From contig OZ241855.1 in assembly GCA_965202785.1 (NCBI GenBank), positions 1,376,001-1,440,000 on the forward strand: DNA of 64,000 nt, written 5' to 3'. The stretch is from Thermodesulfobacteriota bacterium. Its GTDB lineage: Bacteria > Desulfobacterota_D > UBA1144 > Nemesobacterales > Nemesobacteraceae. The notes under the pieces were generated by a model. That model was not told where the DNA came from. It saw only the letters and a program-made list of their open reading frames with translations, and made no database searches. This document shows positions 1-11,870 of the stretch, in pieces. The first letter of the stretch is position 1; every line of letters begins with the position of its first letter. The translations under genes were made by a program, and so were the position numbers.

Positions 1-138
1 TATGTGCATGGCGGACACGAGGACAAAACCCTCGGTTATGCCGCTTTGCTGAACTATCTGTCTTACCGTCGGAGTTATATGAACAAACTCTCTTTTTTTG
101 TCCGTGTTAAACCAAAGATACTCGGTATGAGATTTCAA
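1..138 (-). CDS. YjbQ/UPF0047 family protein, N-terminal part (runs off the window edge)
   Basis: Not in the ORF track. Manual translation from TTG at 138, after an AGGAGG SD: MKSHTEYLWFNTDKKREFVHITPTVRQIVQQSGITEGFVLVSAMHI, which matches the UPF0047 N-terminus. Confidence 0.8.
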   Translation of the reverse strand, partial: MKSHTEYLWFNTDKKREFVHITPTVRQIVQQSGITEGFVLVSAMHI

Positions 139-301
139 GATGCGCCTCCTTAGCTTTTTCCTGTAACTATACTTTGTCCATTGCGGGTTTTCCCGGTTCT
201 GTTTATTTTTTGAGGATTTGTTGTACCCTATCTTGTCTTTTAATTGGTTGAAAATTCCCGCACGAGGGTTGCTTGCGCATTTATCAGAGGAAACTTGCCA
301 G

Positions 302-1600
302 ATGAAGATAGCCGTTATAGGAACGGGTTACGTGGGACTTGTCACGGGAGCGTGTTTAGCGGGAAGCGGGAACAGCGTTGAGTGCGTCGACATAGATGAA
401 AACAAAATCAAGAGCCTTCGGCGCGCCGAAGTCCCCTTCTTCGAGCCGGGTCTTGATGAAATGGTGCGCACCAATATAGATGAGGGAAGGCTCTCCTTTA
501 CAACCGATATAGCTTCGGCCGTCAGGGAATCCTTTCTTGTATTTATTGCGGTTGGAACTCCTCAGGCGCAAGACGGCGAGGCGGACATCTCTTCTGTTCT
601 CGAAGTTGCACGGTCAATAGGGAGCAATCTTAACGGATACAAGATAGTGGTAACCAAAAGTACGGTTCCCGTGGGCACTACAGAGAAAGTGCGCAACACT
701 ATAAAATCCCTCACGGATCAGGAGTTCGGTGTGGCCTCGAACCCTGAATTTCTCAAGGAAGGAGCGGCGATTGAGGACTTCCTTAAGCCCGACAGGGTGG
801 TAATAGGAGTTGAGGATGAATCGGTAGGCTCGGTTCTCAGGGAGCTCTACTCTCCCTTTATGAGGTCTGCCGACAGGACGATAGTGGTTTCCATCCGGTC
901 TTCTGAAATGTCAAAGTACGCCTCAAACGCGATGCTTGCCACCAGAATATCGTTTATGAACGATATAGCTAACCTCTGCGAACTTCTGGGCGCGAACGTG
1001 TCCGAGGTGCGCTCGGTGGTGGGTTCTGATGCGAGGATAGGCAGATATTATCTCTATTCGGGAATTGGATACGGGGGATCGTGTTTCCCAAAGGATGTAA
1101 GAGCCCTTGAGAAAATGGCGCACGGCGTAGGCTATGAACCTAGGGTGGTAACCGCGGTTGACCGCGTGAACGCCGCTCAGAGGGAGAGATTCTTCGATAA
1201 AATAGCCGGATTTTTCACTGAACTTGGAGGAAAAAGAGTTGCCGTGTGGGGAATTTCGTTTAAACCTAACACGGATGATATAAGAGAGGCCCCGTCACTT
1301 TACGTGATAGAAAGACTTCTTGATGCGGGCTGTTCTGTTGCTGTTCACGACCCCGCCGCCATGGAAAACGCGAGGGCCGTATTAGGAGACAGCGTGGATT
1401 ATTTCGAATCCTACTACGATGCCTGCAGTGGGGCGGACGCCCTTGTGATTCACACCGAGTGGAGTCAGTACAGACAGCCGAATTTCGAGATGATAAAGGA
1501 ACTGATGAAGACCCCTGTGATATTTGATGGAAGAAATATCTATGATCACATGAAACTTGAGGCCATGGGTATCAAGTATTTCGGAATCGGCAGGCAATGA
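302..1600 (+). CDS. ugd: UDP-glucose 6-dehydrogenase
   Basis: MKIAVIGTGYVG Rossmann start, NPEFLKEG and catalytic GYGGSCFPKD; start moved to ATG 302. Confidence 0.95.
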   Translation: MKIAVIGTGYVGLVTGACLAGSGNSVECVDIDENKIKSLRRAEVPFFEPGLDEMVRTNIDEGRLSFTTDIASAVRESFLVFIAVGTPQAQDGEADISSVLEVARSIGSNLNGYKIVVTKSTVPVGTTEKVRNTIKSLTDQEFGVASNPEFLKEGAAIEDFLKPDRVVIGVEDESVGSVLRELYSPFMRSADRTIVVSIRSSEMSKYASNAMLATRISFMNDIANLCELLGANVSEVRSVVGSDARIGRYYLYSGIGYGGSCFPKDVRALEKMAHGVGYEPRVVTAVDRVNAAQRERFFDKIAGFFTELGGKRVAVWGISFKPNTDDIREAPSLYVIERLLDAGCSVAVHDPAAMENARAVLGDSVDYFESYYDACSGADALVIHTEWSQYRQPNFEMIKELMKTPVIFDGRNIYDHMKLEAMGIKYFGIGRQ

Positions 1601-1628
1601 GAATGGACTGGGAGCGGTCTTTACCATC

Positions 1629-2615
1629 ATGAATTTAATTGTTTCAGGTTGTGCGGGATTTATAGGGGCCAAAGTGTGCGAGCTTCTTGTTGAGCGTGGA
1701 GATTTTGTTTTCGGGCTTGACAACATGTCCGATGCCTATGACGTGAGACTCAAGCATCACAGGCTTGAAACTCTCAGAAAGTTCGAGAGATTCAGTTTTT
1801 TCGAATGCGACATATCGGATAACTCCGGGCTTCTTTCTGTGTGCGAGGAAATAAAGGCTTTTTGCGGGGAAGGCCGAATTGACTGCGTTATTAACCTCGC
1901 GGCCCGCGCCGGGGTTCGCCAGAGCATTGAGAATCCCTGGATATATTACTCTACCAACGTGACCGGGACCCTTAATCTACTTGAGTTCTGCCGCTCAGAA
2001 GGAATAGGCAAGTTCGTGCTTGCTTCGACTTCGAGCGTTTACGGGGAAAACGAAATCCCATTCAGGGAGGATATGAAGACCGATTACCAGCTTTCTCAAT
2101 ACGCATCCTCGAAGAAATCGGCCGAAGGCCTTTGCTCGGTTTACAACTCTCTTTACGGAATAGATATCTCGGTGCTTCGCTACTTTACGGTTTACGGTCC
2201 CGCGGGAAGGCCGGACATGAGCGTTTTTCGGTTCATAAAGTGGGTAAACGAAGGAGAGCAAATAGTAATACTCGGCGACGGAGAACAGAAAAGGGACTTT
2301 ACCTATGTTGACGATATCGCTGCGGGCACTGTCTTGGCGATAAGGAATCTGGGCTTTGAGATAATAAACCTCGGAAGCGCGGCCTCTGTTTCCCTGAATG
2401 AAATCATAGAGGTAATAGAACGCGGGACCGGCAAAAAGGCTGAAATCACTTGCGACCCTCCACATCCCTCCGATATCAAGGTTACACTGGCAAACATAGA
2501 CAAGGCGAAAAAGATTTTGGACTGGGAGCCTTGCTTTGATATTGAGACCGGTATTGAAAACTCGCTCAGGTGGTATAATGCCAACGAGGCTCTCGTACGG
2601 AGTATAGAAGTATGA
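1629..2615 (+). CDS. NAD-dependent nucleotide-sugar epimerase (UDP-glucuronate 4-epimerase-like)
   Basis: GCAGFIG, LAARAGVR, YASSK (YxxxK), RYFTVYGPAGRPDM; follows ugd. Confidence 0.9.
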   Translation: MNLIVSGCAGFIGAKVCELLVERGDFVFGLDNMSDAYDVRLKHHRLETLRKFERFSFFECDISDNSGLLSVCEEIKAFCGEGRIDCVINLAARAGVRQSIENPWIYYSTNVTGTLNLLEFCRSEGIGKFVLASTSSVYGENEIPFREDMKTDYQLSQYASSKKSAEGLCSVYNSLYGIDISVLRYFTVYGPAGRPDMSVFRFIKWVNEGEQIVILGDGEQKRDFTYVDDIAAGTVLAIRNLGFEIINLGSAASVSLNEIIEVIERGTGKKAEITCDPPHPSDIKVTLANIDKAKKILDWEPCFDIETGIENSLRWYNANEALVRSIEV

Positions 2616-2713
2616 TACGCTGCAGCGGTCCCGGGGAAAAGTTTACATCGGTATTGACAGACTCCGTCGGCTTTTTATAAGATTTAGACAGATTTTGTGG
2701 AACAATTATTTCT

Positions 2714-4963
2714 ATGGCTAAATCTCTTGTTATAGTCGAATCTCCTTCAAAGGCGAGAACAATAAAGAAGTATCTCGGCCGGGATTTCCGCGTGGAAGCC
2801 TCTTCGGGGCATCTCGTAGATCTTCCGAGCAGCAGTCTCGGGGTGGATATCCAGAACGATTTCAAGCCCAAATATACGGTCATAAAGGGCAAGACCAAGT
2901 ATCTTGAAAATCTGAAAAAAGCGTCGCGGGACGCGGAAAAAGTCTATCTTGCCTCCGATCCGGACAGGGAGGGGGAAGCGATCGCGTGGCACATCACAAA
3001 CCGTCTTAACCTCTGGGACAAGGTCCACAGGGTTCTTATACACGAAATAACGGAAGCGGGCGTCAGGGAATCAATGAGCAGACCGCTTGCGATTAACACA
3101 GACCGCTTCGAATCTCAGCAGGCAAGAAGAATTCTTGACAGGATAGTCGGCTACAAGGTGAGTCCTGTTCTCTGGAAGAAGGTTAGAAAGGGGTTGAGCG
3201 CCGGAAGGGTGCAGAGCGTCGCTCTCAGGTTCGTTGTTGACAGGGAAAGGGAGATTCAGAGTTTCAAGCCGCGGGAATACTGGACCCTTGACGCGCTTGT
3301 TAAGAGGGCTGCGGACCCTGATGCGGATGCCTTCACGACTTCGCTCCACATGTTCCAGGGGAAAAAAGCCAAGATCGAGAATGCAAAGCAATCAGAAGAT
3401 ATAGTTTCCGCGCTTTCAGGAAAGGATTTTGTCGTAGGGACGATCGAAAAAAAAGAACGCAGAAGAAAACCGCTTCCTCCTTTCATAACCAGTTCCCTCC
3501 AGCAGGATTCCTCGAAAAAAAACCGCTTCTCCGTCAAAAAGACTATGCTGGTTGCCCAGGGACTCTACGAAGGAGTTGAGCTTGGAAGCAAGGGGCCGGT
3601 AGGACTTATAACCTACATGAGAACCGATTCGGTGAGGGCCTCTGATAACGCCGTGGCTGAAGCAAGGGGGTTCATATCTGAGAATTACGGAGAGGATTAC
3701 GTGCCGAGGCGTCCGAATACCTTTAAGGTGAAAAAATCCGCACAGGATGCCCATGAGTGTATAAGGCCCACTTTTCCTTCGAGGCGTCCCGAAGATCTCA
3801 AGAAGTTTCTCACCGAAGACCAGTACAAGCTTTATTCCCTTATATGGAAAAGGTTCATTGCTTCGCAGATGTCTCCGGCTGTATACGACCAGACTCGTGT
3901 TGACATCACGGCGGGAGAGGCCGTTTTCAGGGCTACTGGTAACGTGATGAAGTTCCCGGGCTTTACAGCCGCCTACGAGGAAGCCACGGAGAAAGAAGAA
4001 AACGCCAAAACGGATGCAAACTCGAGAAAAGATGAGGACAAGAAACTCCCAGAGCTTTCTGAAAAAGATATTCTTTCTCTTCTAAAACTTGACCCCAAGC
4101 AGCATTTCACTCAGCCGCCGCCCAGATATTCGGAAAGTTCTCTTGTGAAAGAGCTTGAAGAAAAGGGTATCGGAAGACCCTCGACCTACGCTTCCATCCT
4201 TTCGACCATACAGGACAGGGGATATGCCGAGCGGCAGAAGGGAAGGTTTGTTCCGACTTCTCTGGGTTTTTCCGTGAACGATTTTCTGGTGGAGGGCTTC
4301 CCGGGAATAATGGACGAGGAGTTTACGGCCCGGATGGAAAGCGATCTTGACAGGGTGGAAGAAGGCGAAGTTCACTGGGTTGAACTGCTGCAGGGCTTTT
4401 ACGACGGGTTTTCAAAGAGCGTGAGCAGAGCCGAGGAAGAAATCGAGGGGCGCAAGTTGGAAATTCCAACCGATATAGAATGCGACAAGTGCGGGGCCCC
4501 CATGGTTATAAGGGAAGGGCGCTACGGGCAGTTTCTTTCCTGCTCAAGGTATCCTGAGTGCAAGAGTGCGAAGGACTTTACAAGGGCGGAGGATGGAGAG
4601 ATCATCGTGGGCAAGAAAACCGACCCAGAAATCTGCGATGATATAGAATGCGACAAGTGCGGGGCCCCCATGGTTATAAAGGAAGGGCGCTACGGGCAGT
4701 TTCTTTCCTGCTCAAAGTATCCCGATTGCAAAAACCCCAAGGAATTCACGAGGCAGGACGGCAAGATCGTCATAAAGCAGAAGGAAGCTCCCGAGATCCG
4801 CGATGATATAAAATGCGAGAAATGCGGTAAACCCATGGTTGTTCGCCGCAGCCGTCGCGGGCGGTTTCTCGGCTGCAGCGGCTATCCCAAGTGCAGAAGC
4901 ACCCTCAACCTCGATAAAGACGGCAATATAGTTAGAAAAGCCACTAAAGCTGAAAAAGTCTGA
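2714..4963 (+). CDS. topA: DNA topoisomerase I with three C-terminal C4 zinc ribbons
   Basis: IVESPSKA, DPDREGEAI, SAGRVQS, LITYMRTDS, GIGRPSTYA. Confidence 0.97.
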   Translation: MAKSLVIVESPSKARTIKKYLGRDFRVEASSGHLVDLPSSSLGVDIQNDFKPKYTVIKGKTKYLENLKKASRDAEKVYLASDPDREGEAIAWHITNRLNLWDKVHRVLIHEITEAGVRESMSRPLAINTDRFESQQARRILDRIVGYKVSPVLWKKVRKGLSAGRVQSVALRFVVDREREIQSFKPREYWTLDALVKRAADPDADAFTTSLHMFQGKKAKIENAKQSEDIVSALSGKDFVVGTIEKKERRRKPLPPFITSSLQQDSSKKNRFSVKKTMLVAQGLYEGVELGSKGPVGLITYMRTDSVRASDNAVAEARGFISENYGEDYVPRRPNTFKVKKSAQDAHECIRPTFPSRRPEDLKKFLTEDQYKLYSLIWKRFIASQMSPAVYDQTRVDITAGEAVFRATGNVMKFPGFTAAYEEATEKEENAKTDANSRKDEDKKLPELSEKDILSLLKLDPKQHFTQPPPRYSESSLVKELEEKGIGRPSTYASILSTIQDRGYAERQKGRFVPTSLGFSVNDFLVEGFPGIMDEEFTARMESDLDRVEEGEVHWVELLQGFYDGFSKSVSRAEEEIEGRKLEIPTDIECDKCGAPMVIREGRYGQFLSCSRYPECKSAKDFTRAEDGEIIVGKKTDPEICDDIECDKCGAPMVIKEGRYGQFLSCSKYPDCKNPKEFTRQDGKIVIKQKEAPEIRDDIKCEKCGKPMVVRRSRRGRFLGCSGYPKCRSTLNLDKDGNIVRKATKAEKV
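4472..4732 (+). repeat. Intragenic direct repeat of the topA zinc-ribbon unit (4472-4564 and 4640-4732)
   Basis: Two 93-nt copies, 168 nt apart, with 5 mismatches by manual alignment; a more diverged third unit starts near 4805. Confidence 0.9.
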
Positions 4964-4969
4964 TTCATT

Positions 4970-7450
4970 ATGCGGGGCGAGCTGGAAAAAATCCTGCGTT
5001 CTCTGGAAACTCCACTTCTTTTTGCCTCAAGGAATAATTTTTCAAACCTTGACAAGGTTCCCGAACTTGGAGAGGACATAAGGAGAATATCGACGAAACT
5101 TCTTACGGGGAAGTTTCCCGAGGAAGTAAAAACTCCTGTAGCGTCACTGAGAAATTCTTTCTCTGACTTCAAAAGCCTGACGCGTCCAGAAAAAACCAAA
5201 AGAATATCTTCTGCGCTATCGGTCGTTCGCAAAACGATAAAGCTTGTTGAAAAAAGCGAACGCGAGAATGTCCCCGGGAAAGCAACTGTTCCTGGGAAAA
5301 AACTTCCCCCGGATGGGAGCCCATCTTCTGTGAGCGTCACGAGCCTTGAGAGAATCGGACCGAGGATTGCGGGATTTCTTGCGAAAAAATCCATCCATAC
5401 CGTTTCTGATCTTCTTTTTTACTCTCCGAGAAAATACGACGACCGCAGAAAAATAGCGGACATATCGGATATTGCTCCCGGGGATTCCTGCACTGTCCGG
5501 GGAGAGGTTGTCTCCGTGGCGGACATAAGAAACAGGAAGAGAAGATTTTTTCAGGTGGTGATTTACGACGGGACCGGCAGGCTTAGACTCACTTGGTTTA
5601 ATTACAATCCTTCCTATCTGAGGGGGATTTTTAAGAAGGGGTTGAGCTTCATAATTCACGGCAAGGTGTCGGTTGCCTCTGGCGGCAGGGCTCTTCAGAT
5701 AATTCATCCGCTTGCCCAGGATATAGAGATAATAGAAGATGAGGAAGATGTCGGAAACCCTCTTCAGTTCGGAAGAATCGTTCCCGTCTACCCGCTTACA
5801 GAAGGTCTTACTCAGAAAAAGCTGAGAGAGGCGGTAAGAGGGGCTCTCGACGGTTACGCAGGGGACTTCAAGGGACTGGTCCCGAAAGACCTTCAGGAAA
5901 AGCACGACCTGACGGGTTTGCCCGAGGCCCTTGAGCGGGTGCATTTTCCTCCCGGTGATGTCCTTCCAGTTGATTTTGACGACCCTGGTTCGGTCGCGGG
6001 TTCAAGGGCTCACAGAACCGTTATATTCTTCGAGTTTTTCGTCCTCCAGCTTGGTCTTTTCTCCAAAAAGCGAAAGGTGGGCGAAAGTCAGGGCATATCT
6101 TTTAGTCCCGGCGGCTCACTTTCGGAAAAACTTCTTCGCTCACTTTCTTTCAGCCTTACACATGCTCAGCAAAGGGCTATCTCGGAGATAGGGGCGGATA
6201 TGGTTTCCTCCCAACCGATGAACAGGCTTCTTCAGGGAGATGTGGGAAGCGGAAAGACTCTTGTCGCCCTTGTCTCCATGCTCCGAGCGGTTGAGTCAGG
6301 CTATCAGGCCGCACTTATGGTTCCGACGGAGATACTGGCCGAGCAGCATTTTCGAAATATTAAGCAAATGACCGAGAACGCGGGGATAAGCGTAGTTCTT
6401 CTTAAAAGTGCTCTTTCGAAAGCTGACAAATCCCGCGTCCACGAAGAGATAAAGACCGGGCAGGCTGATATCGTGGTTGGAACCCACGCCTTGATCTCAG
6501 AAGCGGTGGATTTTAAGGCTCTTGGATTCGTGGTAATAGATGAGCAGCACAGGTTCGGAGTTGTCCAGAGAGCCAAGCTTGTACGGAAAGCGATGGTGCC
6601 CGACGTTCTTGTTATGACGGCTACTCCGATTCCGAGAACCTTGGCCATTACTGTGTACGGAGATCTTGAAGTCTCGGTGATCGATGAGCTTCCTCCTTCA
6701 AGAAAAAAGGTGGAGACCTTTGTTCTCAGGGATAATCAGAAAAACCGGACGTGGTTTTACGATCGCATAAGAAATAAGCTTAAAGAGGGGCGCCAGGCGT
6801 ATTTTGTTTATCCCTTTATAGAGGAATCTGAGAATCAGGATTTCAAACACGTGAGACACGTAACCAGGATGATCGGGGAACTGCGCAAGGAGTTCTCTGA
6901 GTTTCGCGTTTCACTTCTCCATGGCCGAATGAAAAGCGACGAGAGAGACGCGGTAATGGACGATTTTCTCGCGAGGCGGTGCGATATTCTTGTTTCCACG
7001 ACGGTGATAGAGGTGGGAGTCGACGTTCCCAACGCCACTGTAATGGTTATAGAAAACGCAGAGCGTTTTGGACTCTCGCAGCTTCACCAGATGAGGGGAA
7101 GAGTGGGGAGGGGAGAGCATGAATCAACTTGTTATATAGTGTATTCATCCGTGTCTGCGGAGGAGTCTGGAAAGAGGCTTGAAATAATGAGCGAGACTTC
7201 AGACGGGTTTAGAATCTCCGAGTTTGATCTTGCTAACAGGGGTCCTGGGGAATTCATGGGCACGAAACAGTCGGGAGTTCCCGGTTTCAGTTTTGCCAAC
7301 CTTATAAGAGATTCTGCGTTGCTTAACGAATCGAGAGATTCTGCCCGCGAACTAATGGACAGAGTGGATAATTACGCGGAATACGAAAAACTTTTTGCGC
7401 ATGTAACGGGGAAATGGGGCGAAATGCTTGAACTGGATACTAGTTCATAA
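4970..7450 (+). CDS. recG: ATP-dependent DNA helicase RecG with an N-terminal extension
   Basis: LLQGDVGSGKT, DEQHRFG, MTATPIPRT, QLHQMRGRVGRG. Confidence 0.96.
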   Translation: MRGELEKILRSLETPLLFASRNNFSNLDKVPELGEDIRRISTKLLTGKFPEEVKTPVASLRNSFSDFKSLTRPEKTKRISSALSVVRKTIKLVEKSERENVPGKATVPGKKLPPDGSPSSVSVTSLERIGPRIAGFLAKKSIHTVSDLLFYSPRKYDDRRKIADISDIAPGDSCTVRGEVVSVADIRNRKRRFFQVVIYDGTGRLRLTWFNYNPSYLRGIFKKGLSFIIHGKVSVASGGRALQIIHPLAQDIEIIEDEEDVGNPLQFGRIVPVYPLTEGLTQKKLREAVRGALDGYAGDFKGLVPKDLQEKHDLTGLPEALERVHFPPGDVLPVDFDDPGSVAGSRAHRTVIFFEFFVLQLGLFSKKRKVGESQGISFSPGGSLSEKLLRSLSFSLTHAQQRAISEIGADMVSSQPMNRLLQGDVGSGKTLVALVSMLRAVESGYQAALMVPTEILAEQHFRNIKQMTENAGISVVLLKSALSKADKSRVHEEIKTGQADIVVGTHALISEAVDFKALGFVVIDEQHRFGVVQRAKLVRKAMVPDVLVMTATPIPRTLAITVYGDLEVSVIDELPPSRKKVETFVLRDNQKNRTWFYDRIRNKLKEGRQAYFVYPFIEESENQDFKHVRHVTRMIGELRKEFSEFRVSLLHGRMKSDERDAVMDDFLARRCDILVSTTVIEVGVDVPNATVMVIENAERFGLSQLHQMRGRVGRGEHESTCYIVYSSVSAEESGKRLEIMSETSDGFRISEFDLANRGPGEFMGTKQSGVPGFSFANLIRDSALLNESRDSARELMDRVDNYAEYEKLFAHVTGKWGEMLELDTSS

Positions 7451-7486
7451 TACTGACGGTCGTTACTTCGACACAGACCTTGGAGC

Positions 7487-8761
7487 TTAACCTTCGATAA
7501 GGAGAGTTTCGGGATCTTCGATCAGCTCCTTTACCCTTACGAGAAACTGTACTGCTTCTTTTCCGTCGACTATCCTGTGGTCGTAACTGAGCGCCGTGTA
7601 CATCATTGGTTTTATCACTATGTCCCCGTTAACTGCTACGGGTCTTTCTTCTATCTTGTGGAGTCCCAGTATCGCAACCTGTGGCGGGTTTAGTATCGGA
7701 GTACTCATAAGGGAACCGTACACTCCTCCGTTTGTTATGGTGAAGGTCCCGCCGAAAATTTCATCGAGCGAAAGCGTGTTTGTGTTTGCTTTCTCGGCAA
7801 GTTCCCTAACCTCTTTTTCTATCTGTGCGAAGGTTTTTCTGTCAGCCTCTCTTATGACGGGAACGACAAGTCCTCCCTCGGCCCCTACGGCCACTCCGAT
7901 GTCGTAGTAGTCCTTGTAAACTATTTCATCCTCTTGGATCTCGGCGTTTATCTCCGGAAAAAGTTTGAGTGCTCCTATGGAGGCTTTTATGAAAAAGGAG
8001 GAAAAACCGAGGTTCACTCCGTATTTTTCCCGGAAAGCCTCTTTTTTTCTCGATCGAAGCTCCATTACGTTAGACATGTCGATTTCGTTAAAAGTGGAAA
8101 GTATGGCGGCTGTCTGCTGAGCTTCCACGAGACGTCTTGCGATAGTCCTGCGACGTCTCGACATCTTCATTCTTCTTTCTTTATTAGCGGTAAGCTGTGA
8201 GAGGGACGGGAAGATATCAGGCGACACCGGGGTTTCGGAGATTTTTTCCTCCGGGGGAGTTTCTTGCGGGGTTTCTTCTCTGGTTCTCTGGGACTCAAGG
8301 TGCTTTTCCACATCATCTTTTGTGATTCTGTTTCCCTCGGGTATGACCTGGGAGAGGTCGACTTCGTTCTGCTCGGCGATATTTCTCGCGACGGGAGTCG
8401 CTCGGGTCTTGGGTTCTTCTTCAGGCTGTTTTTCCTGCGGAATTTCTTCGGCTGGCGGTTGGGGTGCGGCTTCGGTTCTCTTGGGGGTCTCTTCTGCGTC
8501 GCTTTTTATATCCCCTTTGCTTGCGGACACCTCGATGCTTCCCAGGATGTCTCCCACTTCGACATCCTCATCGGCTTTTTTTGCTATTGACGCCAGGATT
8601 CCTGTTGCTTCGGCAGCGACTTCGAAGTTGGCTTTCTCGGTTTCAAGCTCAACCACGGTTTCCCCGAGTCTTACCGTGTCTCCCTGCTGCTTGGTCCACT
8701 TGATTATAGTTGCTTCTATTACGGAATCCCCTAAGTGGGGAACGACGATGTTCTTGGCCAT
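7487..8761 (-). CDS. sucB: 2-oxoglutarate dehydrogenase E2 (dihydrolipoamide succinyltransferase)
   Basis: Lipoyl domain (ETEKA), E3-binding domain, catalytic [10 protein letters not shown]; downstream of sucA. Confidence 0.95.
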   Translation of the reverse strand: MAKNIVVPHLGDSVIEATIIKWTKQQGDTVRLGETVVELETEKANFEVAAEATGILASIAKKADEDVEVGDILGSIEVSASKGDIKSDAEETPKRTEAAPQPPAEEIPQEKQPEEEPKTRATPVARNIAEQNEVDLSQVIPEGNRITKDDVEKHLESQRTREETPQETPPEEKISETPVSPDIFPSLSQLTANKERRMKMSRRRRTIARRLVEAQQTAAILSTFNEIDMSNVMELRSRKKEAFREKYGVNLGFSSFFIKASIGALKLFPEINAEIQEDEIVYKDYYDIGVAVGAEGGLVVPVIREADRKTFAQIEKEVRELAEKANTNTLSLDEIFGGTFTITNGGVYGSLMSTPILNPPQVAILGLHKIEERPVAVNGDIVIKPMMYTALSYDHRIVDGKEAVQFLVRVKELIEDPETLLIEG

Positions 8762-8786
8762 TTTCTCCCTCGCTTGCGCGTTTGTC

Positions 8787-11645
8787 TCAGATATCCCTGT
8801 GCCAGGTTATGCCGCTTTCCTCATTCCCTTCCACTACTTTGTCTATGCTGAACGCCTGTTTTACAAGCAGGTCCTGATTGTATTTGTGCATGGAGGAAAG
8901 TCCCTCGGAAGGGCTTGAGTAGCGCTTTCTTCCTATATAGCTGAGTGGAAGCCGTTTCTTGATGATTTTTCTTCTGAAAAAAGGCAGCATGTATTTCCAA
9001 GCTCCTGCGTTCTGGGGTTCTTCCTGTACCCAGACCACCTCTTCAAGTTTACCATACCTCTCCAAAACGGCGCTTACCTCTTCCTTGGGCCTCGGGTAGA
9101 GCTGCTCGATTCTGGCTATTGCAACGTCGGGCGATTTGGCCCTGAGTTCGCTTGAGATGAGGTCAATGTATACTTTGCCGCTGCAGAATATGAGCCTTCT
9201 TACTTTTTTCGCCTGTCGGGTGCTCATGGGGTCGTCAATTACCGGGAACCATTTTCCTTCGGACAGATCCTTGAGGGATGAGTTTATCATCGGGTTTCGA
9301 AGAAGTCCCTTGGGAGTCATGACAACCAGGGGAAGGGGATCTTTTCCGAGCAGCAGGGCCTGGCGGCGAAGCACGTGGAAAAACTGCGCCGAAGTGGTGC
9401 AGTTTACTATCCTTATATTGTATTCGGCGGCCGACATGAGAAACCTTTCAAGCCTTCCGCTCGAGTGATCAGGTCCCTGCCCCTCGTAGGCGTGGGGTAG
9501 CAGCAGGACCAGGGACGGGGTCTGCCCCCATTTCGCCCTTGCCGATACGAGATATTCGTCCACTATGGTCTGAGCCCCGTTTATGAAATCTCCATACTGA
9601 GCTTCCCATATTACAAGGCAGTTTGTTCTCTCGATACAGTATCCGTACTCAAAACCCAGGCAGGCGTTTTCGCTGAGCGGGCTGTTTTTTATCTCAACCG
9701 CCGCTTTCGCCTGCGGGATTCTCTGCAGGGGAATATGAATTGCGCCGGTCTCAGAGTCGTGGAGCACCGCGTGGCGATGGCTGAAAGTACCCCTCTCGCA
9801 ATCCTGTCCGGTTATCCTGATGGGAATGCCTTGTGCGACTATGGAGGCGTAGGCCAGTTCTTCCGCCATGGCCCAGTCAATTATTTTTTCTTTCGGGTCG
9901 TCGAGAACGTTTTTTCTTCTGTCGCGTATCCTGGCGATTTTTGAATTTACCGTGAACCCTTCGGGAACCGAGAGAAGGGAGTCGTTTAGCTCGCGCAGGG
10001 ATTCGTCGGAAACCTTGGTCACCGTTTTTTTCGCTATTCCGCGTTCCGGGGATGGTGCCGTCGATTCCTCTGGGGAGTCGTCAGGGGAGATCGATTCGAA
10101 TTCCTCGGCAATCTTCTTGATATGTTCTTCCTTTAGCTGCTCTACCTGTTTTTCCGAGACGGTGCCTTTTTCTATAAGTTTTTCCGCCCAGATGCTCATA
10201 ACCCGGGGATGACTGTCTATCTTCTTGTATATCATGGGCTGGGTGAATCCCGGTTCGTCCGCCTCGTTGTGTCCGTACCTTCTGTAACCAACAAGGTCTA
10301 TTAGGAAATGTTTTTCGAACTTGGATGTGTAGCCGAAGGCCATGCGTATTGACTCTATGCAGGCAACCGGGTCATCCGCGTTTACGTGGACAATAGGTAT
10401 TTCGAATCCCTTGGCAAGATCGCTTGCGTAAAGCGTGCTTCTGCTGTCGGTGGGAAGAGTTGTGTAGCCGAGCTGGTTGTTGGTGATTATGTGTATCGTT
10501 CCGCCGGTGTGGTAGCCTGAAAGAGCGGAGAGGTTAAGCGTTTCCGCGTTTATTCCCTGTCCCATGAATGCCGAATCTCCATGAATCTGTACCGGGATTA
10601 CCGCCGATGGGTCAAATTGCGGAGAACCTGGCGTATCGTCGCTTATCCCACATGCTCTCGACATTCCCTGCACTACAGGATTTACCGATTCCAAGTGGCT
10701 CGGATTGGGAACCATGGTTATCCTCATGTTGCGGTCGAGCATGTCTCCCGTCGGGATATCGCGTTTTACAGCCTCGTGGTACTTCACGTCTCCCGTCCAT
10801 CCCATGTCGTCGGCAAAATCCCTTACCAGAACAGGGTCCTTGAACTTAAGAAGCGTGTACTTGTAGTTTTTCTCCATCACGTGGTGCATGACGTTCAGCC
10901 TTCCGCGATGGGCCATTCCGAGAATTATCTGGTGTATGTCGGCTTTGATGGCGAGATGTATAAGTTCATTCAGCATCGGCACAAGCATGTCGACGCCTTC
11001 TATCGAGAACCTGAATTTTCCGGGAAAGATTCTGTGGAGGAAGTTCTCGAACACCTCCACTTTGGTGAGGGTATCAAGAAGTTCCGCCTCGTTAACGGGA
11101 TTTAGGGGAGGGCGGTAAACGCCTGATTCTATAGCGCCCCTCATCCACCTTCTCTCCTCGGCTTCATAGATGTGGTCGTAGTTGTATCCCGTGGTGGACG
11201 AGTAGATTTTCCTCAGCTTTCTTATTCCGTCAAGCGCGTCAAGTGAGTTCTGCGCAAGGGGCCACCCTACAAGTGTTGAAGGAAAGTCCCTTAACTCTTC
11301 CTCGTCAAGACCGAACGTTTCGGCGTGCAAGGTGAGATCTCCGTGAACGGGCCCCCCGAGAGGGTCTATTCTGCTTGCCAGGTGGCCGTGTCGTCTTATC
11401 GCCTGGGCCATGTTCGCGATCGCAACGGCCTTGGTTACGTCCCTTACGGTCGATTGATTGAAACCGTTTGTCTCGATCTCAGGTTCTATTTCAACCCTGA
11501 GGGATGAGTATTTGGTATCGGGCTTCCATCCCTTGAAGATGGTTTTCGTCGCGGGATCGACTGATGAGGAATCTCTTACGTAACGTTCGTAGAGATCCAT
11601 TACGTAACCTGAATTGAGCCCGTGAAAGTTTTTCCAGATGTCCAT
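8787..11645 (-). CDS. sucA: 2-oxoglutarate dehydrogenase E1
   Basis: [49 protein letters not shown]. Confidence 0.96.
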   Translation of the reverse strand: MDIWKNFHGLNSGYVMDLYERYVRDSSSVDPATKTIFKGWKPDTKYSSLRVEIEPEIETNGFNQSTVRDVTKAVAIANMAQAIRRHGHLASRIDPLGGPVHGDLTLHAETFGLDEEELRDFPSTLVGWPLAQNSLDALDGIRKLRKIYSSTTGYNYDHIYEAEERRWMRGAIESGVYRPPLNPVNEAELLDTLTKVEVFENFLHRIFPGKFRFSIEGVDMLVPMLNELIHLAIKADIHQIILGMAHRGRLNVMHHVMEKNYKYTLLKFKDPVLVRDFADDMGWTGDVKYHEAVKRDIPTGDMLDRNMRITMVPNPSHLESVNPVVQGMSRACGISDDTPGSPQFDPSAVIPVQIHGDSAFMGQGINAETLNLSALSGYHTGGTIHIITNNQLGYTTLPTDSRSTLYASDLAKGFEIPIVHVNADDPVACIESIRMAFGYTSKFEKHFLIDLVGYRRYGHNEADEPGFTQPMIYKKIDSHPRVMSIWAEKLIEKGTVSEKQVEQLKEEHIKKIAEEFESISPDDSPEESTAPSPERGIAKKTVTKVSDESLRELNDSLLSVPEGFTVNSKIARIRDRRKNVLDDPKEKIIDWAMAEELAYASIVAQGIPIRITGQDCERGTFSHRHAVLHDSETGAIHIPLQRIPQAKAAVEIKNSPLSENACLGFEYGYCIERTNCLVIWEAQYGDFINGAQTIVDEYLVSARAKWGQTPSLVLLLPHAYEGQGPDHSSGRLERFLMSAAEYNIRIVNCTTSAQFFHVLRRQALLLGKDPLPLVVMTPKGLLRNPMINSSLKDLSEGKWFPVIDDPMSTRQAKKVRRLIFCSGKVYIDLISSELRAKSPDVAIARIEQLYPRPKEEVSAVLERYGKLEEVVWVQEEPQNAGAWKYMLPFFRRKIIKKRLPLSYIGRKRYSSPSEGLSSMHKYNQDLLVKQAFSIDKVVEGNEESGITWHRDI

Positions 11646-11870
11646 GCACCTTCCTCGGAATCACGCAATAGAGGATTTTAACTGACTGAAAGCCTCAAAT
11701 CCGCTATTCACAACACAACCGCCTGCTCTGGACGGTAACCGCGCATAGAATCATAGCATAAAAAAATATAAAGCAAACAGGGATTTCTGGGACCTTGTCA
11801 AAATGACGCAATAATGATTCTAACCGGCGTACGAAGCAGTCTCATGTTCTTTGCAGTTTTTGTCTGAAAG

